A DNA stretch of 20,757 nucleotides from contig NW_021823922.1 of the NCBI RefSeq assembly GCF_006345805.1, positions 1 to 20,757 of the forward strand. The letters run 5' to 3'. Source of the DNA: Octopus sinensis (lineage: Eukaryota). This document shows, one piece after another, positions 9,956-20,757 of the stretch (the first letter of the stretch is position 1; the number at the start of each line of letters is the position of its first letter). A model generated the notes under the pieces. That model worked only from the letters and a program-made list of their open reading frames with translations. It did no database searches and was not told where the DNA came from. Made by a program: the position numbers and the translations under genes.

Positions 9956-10014
9956 ACAATTATTCTGTGCTGATGAAAGGAAACAACCCGGAAATCGCGA
10001 TACACAGATATTGT
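9956..10014 (+). ncRNA. Type I hammerhead ribozyme-like motif (plus strand)
   Basis: ACAAU-UAU-UCUGUG (9956-9969), CUGAUGA (9970-9976), A AGG-AAACAA-CCC G, GAAA (9991-9994), palindromic AUCGCGAU (9994-10001), H17=A10002, CACAGA-U-AUUGU (10003-10014). Stem II carries an A.C mismatch. Confidence 0.65.
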
Positions 10015-11254
10015 CTTGAGCTGAGTGGAATGCTTGATTCCCTTGTTCGAAAATTTAAGGACACAGATCGTGTCGTATAGCCAGCTGGAGACGATATCTC
10101 CTGGGGCTAAGTTACAGCAATATTCATCCTAGACCGTGACTGCCATGTTATTTTGGCAAACAATCTTTACTACAAAGTGCTACTGCTGAATATCTCATGT
10201 TGTGAGCTTTAAAAATAGTAATTTCCTAAGCTATTATAGTGTTTTTATATTTCTCCCCTAACACTCTCAAACAGCTTTTATAATATGAGCATCCAATAAT
10301 TCATTTATAATCTTTTAATAGAAAAAAATATGTAAAAGCTATTTCTCTGCATAAATTCATCTTTGAAAAATTTAACCATTCTGGGTATGTAGTTAACTAA
10401 GAGAAAAAATTAGTTATCTATGATTACCTGCAATAATGCGTGCATTCCAAACAGTACAACGGGCGTTTATAAGAGCCGAGATTCAGGGATTTTTTAGAGA
10501 ATAATTAAAAATCTTTACTCTTCCCAACAAGACTTAACAATGATTTATATAGTATACAAATGAAGACGATATTGTTTTGACTTATCAAATTGTACGTTTT
10601 TAGCCCGATCTTAAATCAAATTGTTTCATACCTTTTTCTTTTCATTTGTATGTTTGCTTCTTATCTAAATAAATAAGAATTCCAAATACTTTCTGAGTGG
10701 ATTAGTAGCTGTTATACACTGAATACAGTGATATTTTGAAATATAAAAAGCACCATTTTTAACAAGTTAGTTTTTAACGTTATTTACAGAGTTACCATAA
10801 TGCATCAAATAGATAAATTCTTGTTGATGAAAACATGAAAATCTCATATAACATCTCTTACAAGTTCTTTTAACACCTAATTCCTTTTTTTAGATGATCT
10901 ATTGATATTTATACGCTATATAAATTCAATTCATAATTTAAACAAGTTAAATACGCTACAGTAGGTATATTTTCTATTAAAAATGTCTTTTCACGAAAGC
11001 AAAATAATTTTTCCCTCTATATCCTTGTCTAAAAAGACTGGTACAATTTAAAAAATACTAGTAACTTCCCAGCCCTTTATGAAACTTCTTTCAAGTGTTA
11101 GATACAGAAAAGTCTTCTTAATATATCTAAACTGTTGAAGATATGAAGTTCTATATCCATATACGAAATATCTTGAGGCCTATGTATATCAATATGATTA
11201 TGCTCAGTCCATATGTAACAACTATACTGTTGTCAATACATGTATATTACACAA

Positions 11255-11276
11255 ACACACATACTTATGTGTGTGC

Positions 11277-11336
<60 letters not shown>

Positions 11337-11344
11337 CATACATA
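11255..11344. repeat. (CA)/(TG)/(TA)n compound microsatellite
   Basis: Direct reading. Confidence 0.93.
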
Positions 11345-12577
11345 CTACGTTTACATGTATCTAATTTCTTGAAAATGGCTGAATAATCAATCGATTTAAA
11401 ATGGAAAACTATGTTATTTGTATGTTTTTCAAGAAATCTAAGTTGTTAATAGTTTGAATTATGAAATAATTCAGGTTCGACAATACGTAGATTGCTAGGA
11501 TAATAGCAATTCTTTCGATCATATATCAGTGAACAACCTAAAGGAGTTTGGTTTCGGTGTGCATTTCGCTTCAGGAGACTTTTGAGCAGAAATTCTGAGC
11601 TACAGGTTATTATGTATGTCCAAAACCTTGTACTGTCATGTATATTTTGAAACAGCGACCAGCATTGTTAAATAAGTTTGAGTTCCTGATGAGCCGAGAC
11701 TGATATATAATTTCTTTCCCTGATTTAAAGGGTATATTGACTAGTATCCTCCATAAAGCTAGGAACGTCAAACATTCTCATTTCCATTTCGTTTTAATCA
11801 AGGCCATGCACGAAAACAAAATAAAAAATAGCCGCAATTATAGAAAGTTGAATATTTGAAATAGTTTCCATTACATATTGAAGGCGTCTCAATATTGTAT
11901 ACTTCTGAGAAAGATATGAGCATCATAATTTACTAATTCCATAACTATAATGATTTGTCTGATTAATATTCAGATACACGTTGATTTTGTCAAAATACCA
12001 CAATGAACTATAATTATAATTAAATAGTCCAATGAAAGTTATGCTTTATTAATGCTAATTGGTACATTAAGCTATTATCTGCTCAAACTAAATTTCGCTA
12101 ACGTTCCCAAGATATGAAATAAATGGATTTAGAAACGGTGATCATTTTAAGATCATTGTTGATAGCCGGTTCAACTTTTGCATTAACTCACCATTACTAA
12201 ATAGTCTTCCTTCACAGTTGGCAACATTTCACTCACCATTAGTAACACATCTTCATTATAGAACTCTACATACATGCTTTTTGGTTTATTACACTATTCT
12301 TCTAAATTCTTTAATAATTTCTGTGCGTACTTGACAATCCATATCAGACTGAAAATAGTCTCTAATACTATAATGACTTGAAACATTTTGCGTATTTAAT
12401 AAGCTGTAATTGGTAACGTACTTTAAGATTGAGTGGCAATATATGATTAAGATTGTGGAACTCCATAGTGCTTGTGCGCGAGGCAAAATTTCATTCGACT
12501 CATTTTATTAGTTAGCTTCAATCCTCTTTGACAGTATTTAGTAGTAAATGTAAATGGTTGCAAGAGTGCTAAAGAAA

Positions 12578-12951
12578 ATTCAATCCAATTTTTATTGGCT
12601 CAAATAACAAAAGCAAGGCCATGTAGCGAGACAGGGAGTTATGTACAGGGAGGGTGGTCATACAAAGAGTTCAGGCCATTTCTGGTCAAGAGAGACTTTG
12701 AACCGAGCGGTCGTCGACATCTTCACTATCTCGTCCGGCAGCTTATTCCACGGATCCGTAACCCGGGCGGAGAAAGCCCCTCTCCATCGATTGAGATGAA
12801 ATCGTCGTAGATAGAGCTTTTCGGAGTGACCCCACAGCCCACGCTCTGGAGCAGGAGTGAAGAACAGCTCTTTCGAGAGGTTACACTTTCCGCTTATGAT
12901 GTTGTGAGCGAGAATGAGATCACCACGGCGTCGTCGCTTTTCGAGAGAATA
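12578..12951 (-). mobile_element. 5'-truncated CR1-group (CR1/L2-like) LINE: ORF2 C-terminus and 3' UTR
   Basis: YSLEKRRRRGDLILAHNIISGKCNL...FF...GH..KL...R...AFSARVTDPWNKLPDEIV....ARFKVSLDQKW matches the conserved CR1-group ORF2 C-terminus (SLE.RR.RGDLI / RGH..KL / FS.RV...WN.LP / FK..LD). AATAAA and an attggattgaatt tail follow the stop. Confidence 0.9.
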
Positions 12952-13839
12952 AATGGATATATACACTCCTTACAATTACAATATTAGATCGATAATCTGT
13001 CTCAACGATGTTTTCAGTTTTATCTCTGACAAATAACATTGATGAAGTTGAATATATAACTAAGATAAATAAAACAGTGTTTTAATGTTTCTTCGCAACC
13101 TTCTATTTGTCATTTAGAATTAGATAGTAGAAAGTATTATAGGAAATCTACTTTCTATGAGAGCTTAAACTAAATGTTACAGTTCAAATAAACTCATATT
13201 GGTTACGTACCTTTCTTATTTTCGTTTTGTTGCCTGGCTACAGGCACTAGTTTCAGCCTTTTTATTCTTTAGCCTCACATCAAGAACATAAATATACAGG
13301 CAATTTATAGCTTAACTATTTTCATCTATAACGATGATAGAGATCTATTACAACACGTGGTGATATTTCGCAGTCTAAATGTATGGAATATCAAACTACT
13401 GCGTATTTTAGTTAATTAGAAATAAAATTCATATTAAGAGATTTCTAATTTCCCATTGCAATTTCTTTAAATATAAGAGTCAGGGAAAATGACACTAGTA
13501 TTTCTATACCAAATCAAATGGCAAGCAATCTATATTAATTAATTAGTCTCGAGGAATATGAATGTTTTAATCAACGTAAGACTTATCTTCTTACAAAATA
13601 TCATATTTTCTAAATACATTATTCTCGTGATGTAAACCGTAAATTTTGAAATTAAGCAATTAGCTAAGCATATAACCTTAAATTAAATTTACATAACAGC
13701 TGGGGGCAGAATAAATGAGTGTATTAGAGGAAGAGAAAGAAGAGGGAAAGTACTTGGCTGTCCAAAATTATTGCATACCCAAAAGTTATTTAGTTGTCAA
13801 AATAAATCAACAAATAAAAAGTTATACACAAATCAAGAA

Positions 13840-14035
13840 TGTCAGATAACTGTGTGGGTTAGGATGCTGGTTCCCGGATCAAAGAGTTTCACCGCCGTAA
13901 GCAAGGAGAGCATTGTTGCCGGGTTTTTGCTTTGTTTTTATTTTTCGCTTTCGAATTTTTTTTTTGTCTATTACCGACGAGTCGGTACTGACTGGGAAGG
14001 TCTATGAATAAAGGCATTCCATCTGTGAGTATAAC
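13840..14035 (+). mobile_element. Possible heavily decayed SINE
   Basis: The ctgtgtgggttagg head resembles the SINE head at 2591, and aaaggcattccatctgtga looks like a SINE tail. The intervening sequence is not alignable by eye. Confidence 0.3.
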
Positions 14036-14857
14036 CCAACATTTTGTTGCATCTTTCGTATTTTCTTCTGATAATTTTGAACAAAAAAAAAATCTTCTGC
14101 TGTTTAGGGATAGTTTACATTTAGGCGATAATTTCTCGTTTCTGCCTTATCAACAGAGTCTAATAGCATATACCATTCAAATATTCTATTTTTATTACTG
14201 ATTCGTGTGTGTCAGGAGCAGAGATTATCTGGAAAATGCCTGATGTAAGTTAATTCTTTATATATTTTACTGAGTTTTCAATGAATTGCTTGTAATCCGT
14301 CTCAAGAAGTCAAATTAAACAAATCACCAAAATATGTGGAGTTCTACATGGTGTGATATCTCCACGTAATTCGCTTTCTGGTTTTGACTTATTTTGGTTC
14401 CCTAATCGTGATGATTTCGTTCAATTTTATCCTTTTTCGTGTGCTTTTTCTATTATATCCCCATAGTTAACAGATAACTAGAGATTATTATGATTTCCGA
14501 ACCTGCTATAAGAATCATTCTTTCTAATAATGCAAACAGTCAATGTCTCTCAACATGCACGGAACCTTTCAAAGAGATTATAAATTTAAAATGAAAACAT
14601 TTGCTCTCGTACTACGTCGCTGTGTGTTGGAAAATTTCCTCAAGCCAAGAAGATTGCCTCAAGAGGTTCTTGTACCTGGCTATTAGTGTTTTTGTCTCCA
14701 TCTTTTTACTGTTAGAAAGCAATACTATTCGGTCCGTTTAAAGCAGCCACCTAGCTGACCAAAAACACATTACACAAGTTCATATCTCTTATCTATTATA
14801 CATATGAGTACATACGCATACATGTCGTCTGTATGTGAATTTGTGCGTGTGAAATGT

Positions 14858-14863
14858 GTGTGC

Positions 14864-14931
<68 letters not shown>

Positions 14932-14938
14932 TGTGTGT
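14858..14938. repeat. (TA)n(TG)n microsatellite
   Basis: Direct reading. Confidence 0.97.
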
Positions 14939-15493
14939 AGTACGTAGTGCTTTTGCGTATATACATATATAAATCGAGAAATGTATGTTAGACTCCATTA
15001 TTTTGGTTCTACTTCAGAGTATTGAACATTCCTCATCAATTGCATATAAAAATATATCCTAGGATGTATATTGGGAGATATTCACAGACACACAGACCCA
15101 AACATAACGCTTTGTAGCTTATAGATAATTCTGTGACTTGTAACGTTGGCAGTTCAAATTTCGTTTAGGTCAGCTTTACCTTAATCCTTCCGATGTCTAC
15201 AAAATAAGTACTAGTCAAGTACTGAAGTTGATATAATCCTAGTTTTGTTCCCTTCACACCAAATTTTTTGCCTTGTGTCTATGTTAGAAATTATAATTAT
15301 TAATTTTTTTAAAGTTCTCTAAAAAGTTTCTTTTTATGTTTTTTTTTTTTTTGTGTTTTTTACTTCTGTATTTTCTGGCAGCAGAACAACGGAATCGCCA
15401 AGCCTAGATAAAATGCCTTATAGATTTCATCAGGGAATTTACATTCTGATTATAAATCCCACCGTAATCAATTTTACCTTTCATTACATGGAA

Positions 15494-16098
15494 GACGGCA
15501 AGCTGGCAGAAACGTTAGCACGCCTGGCGAAATGCTTAGCGGTATTTCGCCTGCCGTTGCGTTTTGAGTTCAAATTCCACCGAGGTCGACTTTGCCTTTC
15601 ATCCTTTCGGGGTCGATAAATTAAGTATCAGTTATGCACTGGGGTCGATGTAATCGACTTAATACCTATGTCTGTCCTTGTTTGTCCTCTCTGTGTTTAG
15701 CCCCTTGTGGGTAGTAAAGAAATAGGTATTTCGACTGCCGTTACGTTCTGAGTTCAAATTCCGCCGAGGTCGACTTTGCATTTCATCCTTTCGGGGTCGA
15801 TAAATTAAGTACCAGTTACGCACTGGGGTCGATGTAATCGACTTAATACCTATGTCTGTCCTTGTTTGTCCCCTCTGTGTTTAGCCCCTTGTGGGTAATA
15901 AAGAAATAGGTATTTCGTCCGTCTTTATGCTCTGAGTTCAAATTCCGCCAATGTCGTTTTTGCCTTTCATCTTTTCGGATTCGAAAAATAAATGCCAGTT
16001 GAGCACTGAGATCAATGTAACCGACTTAACTCCTTCCCCGAAACTGCTGACCTTGTGCCAAAATTGGAAACCATTATTTCATTTCATTTCATTTCATT
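15494..16098 (+). mobile_element. tRNA-derived SINE with an internal 184-bp tandem array (two young units plus one diverged unit) and an (ATTTC)n tail
   Basis: A-box-like TGGCAGAAACGTTAG and B box GAGTTCAAATTCC. Units start at GGTATTTCG 15541, 15725 and 15909; units 1 and 2 differ at 9 of 184 positions. Confidence 0.9.
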
Positions 16099-16100
16099 AA

Positions 16101-16212
16101 GGCGACCAGGTGGTGGAAACGTTAACATGTCGGACAAAATGCTTAAGCATATTTCGTTAGTCTTTACGTTCTGAGATCAAATTCCGCGAGGAAATCATTA
16201 TTTCATTTCATT
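16101..16212 (+). mobile_element. Second, internally deleted copy of the same SINE superfamily (head joined to tail)
   Basis: The head ggcgaccaggtggtggaaacgttaacatgtcggacaaaatgcttaagcatatttcg...ctgagatcaaattccgc joins directly to gaaatcattatttcatttcatt, which is 21/22 identical to 16067-16088. Confidence 0.7.
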
Positions 16213-16664
16213 GTTGATGCCCAGAAAAATTAAGATGTACTATATAGACAACTACCGATCTTCCATCGAACAACAAAGCATTGCTTAAGCCTGTGCCTAG
16301 AAGAGAAACTTTCCAGTGGCAGATACATATACAATCCTCACCGACAAAGACCTTTGTGGACAAAACTCTTGTTAGTAACCCTAGTCTCCGTCATACATCC
16401 TTTGTATCTACATCCACAGTTTATTTGGATATTACTATGTATTCTTCGATCCGTCCCAATCCTCAACGAATATAATTGCTGATGCATAGATCAGAGGAAA
16501 ACGACAATGAAGTTCCTTAAATAACAAAAAATAATTATGTGAAGATAACCACTGCCAGATCAAGATATTCCGAAGATATTCAAATACATTAGTAATGAAA
16601 CATGATCCAAGTCATGTACATACAAATGTATTTATGTAATTGAAATTACTTTAATCATTCACAA

Positions 16665-16726
16665 CACACACACATGCGTGATGTACACACGCAAGCATAT
16701 GTACGCACATATATACATGTGTGTGA

Positions 16727-16757
<31 letters not shown>

Positions 16758-16790
16758 TGTATGTGAGAGAGAGAGAGAGAGAGAGAGAGA
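16665..16790. repeat. (CA)/(TG)n(GA)n compound microsatellite
   Basis: Direct reading. Confidence 0.95.
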
Positions 16791-17904
16791 GCACTGGCAT
16801 TCGCTACGTATGCCCGTGATCTTTCAGGTCCAGTTCACGAATAGCATCTGAAATACACTCAGACTCAAATACATGTATATGTGTGTTCATATGAATTTAT
16901 AAACTTTATATATGTATATGTGTGTGCGTGTATGTATATATGTATGCATGGCTGGGTAAGTGATTTGGTGGATGCACGTATGTATGTGTACATGCGTCTT
17001 TTTCTCTTTTCTCTACTTTTATCGATGAAAATTACCAACCACAGGAAAAACTCGTGTAAACTGTCACTTTATATAAGTAAACTTATCATTCCACTCTCCT
17101 CCATGTATTGAGTGCTATATCAAATATAAAAAGAAGTGTATTCGGTTTCATAAAGTAGATTATGAATGATTTTATTTTAAGCCAACGTTGACGGACACTT
17201 CCTCGAACAAGTTACAAAGTTCATCAGTCTGATTTACTGGGAAAGAAGCGTATAACAAAGCAGACGAAATTTCAAGATCAGAAATGAACACTTTCCTCCC
17301 ATGGTTAACTGGTAAAAGCTTTCTTAAGAGGTAAAAGCTTTTCTCTCATGACCCAACACATGTCCCGCATTAGGTTCTTGACTTAGTGCTCACTAATTCT
17401 TGTCACTATGATTATAGAGGAATAAAATATAACTAGTAAAGGGAAAGCTTTCACTCCTAGGCAAAGGAAGGAAAGATTCACCCCGTAGCCTTGTAACATC
17501 GTTTGTTTTTGTTATGAACTCCTGTTCCTAAAATGATGGAATAAAGAAGAATGTAATTTGTACGACGAAACAGCAGTGTGTTTGGTTATATATACATATA
17601 TATATATAAATGCACACCAGGCTAAATAACTTTAAAGCCTGTAGTTGTTTCCCGTAACTGAGTTGTTTCTTTTGAAGCATACGTTTGATATATAGATATG
17701 GTGAGAATCGTAACCAAGCCTGCCAACAACAAGCATTTTCCAGTGGGTCTCCTTTATCTCTTGTTACAAATTTTCGCAGGATTCATCCCATCAGAATGTC
17801 TTTAAGCTGCTGCCAACTGATTAGCAGATAAGCTGATTAGAGCGGTGGATTCGATTTCAGAGGGAACACCAACGAAAAAGAATGCGGATTTCTGACTTCG
17901 GAGA

Positions 17905-17923
17905 TGTGTGTGCGTGTGTGTGT

Positions 17924-17984
<61 letters not shown>

Positions 17985-17988
17985 TGTG
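17905..17988. repeat. (TG)n microsatellite
   Basis: Direct reading. Confidence 0.97.
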
Positions 17989-18363
17989 CGTACTCGTTCA
18001 GAAATATATGAATGTCTTGGCAACGTCTGGACGCATCACAAACTTCTCTAGAATTGGCAAAGTGATGCCTTAGTGCCGACTTTTTATATTGTCGAAGTCA
18101 TTTAATGCAGTATTTACCCTTACAAAATCCACACAGGCTATCATATGACAGTTGGTTCTTCTCCAGAAACGTTATCAGCTTCTCCCTGATAATTCTCAAT
18201 ACAATTATTGTGGTCTATGAAGTCAAGAAAACGGATCTATAGTTTTTAATCCCTCTCTATTTCCTCCTTTAGGTATCATATCATTACCCCCTATTTCAGG
18301 GCTAGGGTTTTTTTTCCCTCTTTTTTATTAAAAAAATTCTCTGAAGTGGTTCAGCTTTGCATC

Positions 18364-18371
18364 GTATGTAT

Positions 18372-18446
<75 letters not shown>
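18364..18446. repeat. (TA)n microsatellite
   Basis: Direct reading. Confidence 0.97.
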
Positions 18447-19117
18447 GTCTTTTGTAGAACTGTAGGTGTCTATGCAGAGTACGTACCCATCTTGTTGATT
18501 GCAGATAATACATCTGTTTCTTCAATATGAATGATGTATGTGTCCATGTATGAGTATCTGTATCCACAAGTATGTATCTATATTCATGTGTATGCGTTCG
18601 GCTATATCCAAGGATCTACAGTCAAAACGGCTCAATGAACGTAGAGTCCTTGTTTTCTTGAGTAGAACAGGGGAAACAATGTTGTATCGTGTGTTCAGTA
18701 TTTCATATATACATGTATAGTGTGTCCGTGTAGTGAAGAACCTCTATCTATCGTTCAATCGACATGTTTAATCCTACAGAATAAAAGAACATTGTTGGAT
18801 CTTTGTTCTCACGGATACGTGTATTATATGTGTATATGTGTATGAGTGTGTACTCATATATGTATGTGCGTAGATATACGTTTATGTGTATGTATATGCC
18901 TGCATGTATGTATGTATATGTCTATGCTAGTATGTATGCATAACAGACTCTTACCGGAGCACATACACACACACGCATGTATGTGTCTGTATCTATTTGC
19001 ATGTGTATATAACGTAAAAGTTTATAAGAAATATTTTGCATTATCATCACATCCTTTATTTATCTTTCTGGTTTTTCATTTTCTCTTCCATCATTCCTTC
19101 TCACTTGTTGAAAGTCC

Positions 19118-20340
19118 TTACTGTTCAGGTTGAATGACGATATTTGAAAATTTGGGCGTGTCGATACTGGAATAAACCACAGGATATGGCTTGTCTAAGG
19201 GAAATGGACGAAGAGGGGTTAGGAGTAAAGGGAAACACTGCGGTAACAGAACAATATCAAAAAGAAAATAGAAAGAAAAATTTGAAACTCTTCGTGACAT
19301 TTATTTCAGCAAGCCTCTACAAACTGATCGGAGATATCCTTTATTTCCACCAGTGTATATCAGCCATTGGCCACGATTTTCCTTAGACACTAAGCATGGC
19401 GGTACTCTTGCTAATAACAGGATAGGAGGCTTTTCAGGAAGCTGGAATCTGTATTTGGAAACATATAGGTCTAGAATCGATATATATATATCATTTCTGG
19501 AGGAATCTCTTCAACCAACAGAAATTTGTGATAATGTGTAAATCCGACCTATTTATGGCTGGTTGTGATTTTTACGACAAATAACAGACTAAGTTTATTA
19601 GTAAAAGATTCACTTCTGGTGTAACCGAAGGCACAACTATCCGGCCAGTCAGGGTCTGGTGCAGGCATAGTTACTCTAATTCATTCTTTTTCAAAGACCC
19701 AGTGTTGGAAACTGAGTAAGCCTTCACGTATCTTGAGTCTGTAATAAATTGTAACTGTACAATAGCTGAAGCAACTATAAAAACCAGTGTGGATTTAGTT
19801 TCACTTCCTTGACACTTGTGGAACAGCCACTACATACCACTTGAGACGATAGTGAATATCTATTTAGTAATAATTTGTCTTATTGGTCTGATGTTCCTAT
19901 TCTATATAGGCAGCAATCAAGGATCGTAACAAGTTCTATATATAAATGCTTCTGAGTATCTTTTGTGTCGCCTCGAAATATTTAATGATGAATAGAAGCA
20001 ATCCTATTTGATGCAAGCACGAAGAAATCGAATGTGATCTAATCAAATACCAATGAAAACCCATAAACAAATCCTATCTGGGATTACTAGATTACCGATG
20101 CTCCATGGGCAGATGTTTAATGCATAAATTTGACTGACAAGCCCTAGAACACACCCACATGCGATCGAAAACCTTGGAGACATATGTTCTTCACTAAGAT
20201 CAATATGTTTGAAATGAAATGATTCAATAACGTTGAGTGTAAATGCAGCTGTGCAAAGAAAGCACACTGTACAAATGATGCTAATGTTTCAAATGATTAT
20301 GCTGCATGCAGCTTCTTCAGAAGTGTTAAGGCGGTTTCGG
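19118..20340 (-). pseudogene. Decayed intronless class A (rhodopsin-like) GPCR pseudogene
   Basis: Motifs occur in the correct order across frameshifts and stops. N-terminal NTS sequon; TM1 IICTVCFLCTAAFTLNV; TM2 FSIACGCVLGLV; ECL1/TM3 PWSIG...ICLWVFIGI; DRY-like FFVLASNRIASIHH (AAT at 20008-20006, one change from GAT); TM5 LVFIVASAIVQLQF...YVKAY. After a long ICL3: TM6 EINVTKS/FQIFLSIFFLILFCY and NPxxY-like YPVVYS..TPKF (19186-19172, TAT one change from AAT). Confidence 0.6.
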
Positions 20341-20659
20341 TGCACCACATACGATGACACTGTCAAAAACGCAGTATGTGCCAATCCTTCGCAGCATTTG
20401 TTTAGTCAATAATGATTTTTTAATACCGAACAACGTCTGCGATTTGAAACCGACAGCGAATTAGATGTCATATTTTAATTTGTAAACCTCTTAAGCGGAT
20501 ATAATTTAGTGCTGTTCAGTATTTTGTTCTCTAATATAAACATATGTGTGCGTGCGGGATGAAGAGGAGAAAATAAGTGGGTTCATGTAAGTATGCATAA
20601 AATATGGTGCATGTAGGTATGTATACATACGGGATGTTTTGCGTTTTCCCATTTTGTAA

Positions 20660-20692
20660 ATATATTATATATATATATATATATGCGCATAT

Positions 20693-20736
<44 letters not shown>

Positions 20737-20757
20737 ATATATGTATATATATATATA
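20660..20757. repeat. (TA)n microsatellite interrupted by TGCGCA palindromes
   Basis: Direct reading; runs to the window edge. Confidence 0.95.

Larger units (their letters stand above)
9695..10174. mobile_element. Fold-back element with ~226-bp inverted arms and a 27-nt spacer; probably Penelope-like/retrozyme-derived
   Basis: 9695-9921 aligns to the reverse complement of 9949-10174 at roughly 85-90% identity by manual alignment. Spacer 9922-9948. Each arm begins with a hammerhead-like motif. Confidence 0.9.

Noticed and set aside
11686-11710. CTGATGA as another hammerhead core
   Set aside because: No downstream GAAA or stem architecture.
12289-12486. 65-aa ORF with YVTNYS, resembling a GPCR TM7 fragment
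   Set aside because: No hydrophobic helix or neighbouring TM segments in any frame.
12595-12810. 71-aa plus-strand ORF
   Set aside because: Antisense shadow of the CR1-group LINE fragment.
15353-15619. 88-aa ORF
   Set aside because: Read-through into the SINE head; no protein features.
15541-15908. Tandem 184-bp repeats and the 22-bp array at 4032 as a possible CRISPR array
   Set aside because: No unique spacers, no cas genes and a eukaryotic context.
19144-19541. Plus-strand ORFs 19144-19386 and 19353-19541
   Set aside because: Antisense to the GPCR pseudogene; no independent coding signal.
20160-20190. Plus-strand AIENLGDI, resembling the Tc1 NPIENLW motif
   Set aside because: Isolated match; the opposite strand is better explained as GPCR TM1-TM2.
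20285-20325. Minus-strand CTGAAGA followed by palindrome GCTGCATGCAGC as a hammerhead
   Set aside because: GAAA does not follow stem II and no stem I pairing was found.

Overview
AT-rich, microsatellite-dense eukaryotic DNA with no intact protein-coding gene. The SINE families and repeat style point to an invertebrate, most likely a coleoid cephalopod such as Octopus; this is inferred from repeat motifs, not a database result. Almost all ORFs in the supplied track are microsatellite or repeat read-throughs. Supported features: a rearranged mariner remnant, several tRNA-derived SINEs (one with an internal 184-bp tandem array), a complete non-autonomous Helitron, a CR1-group LINE 3' end, inverted-repeat elements, and a heavily decayed intronless class A GPCR pseudogene near the right end. 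The most notable observation is a ~480-bp fold-back element (9695-10174). Each of its two arms carries a type I hammerhead-ribozyme-like motif, one per strand, of the minimal palindromic-stem-III kind known from Penelope-like elements and retrozymes.
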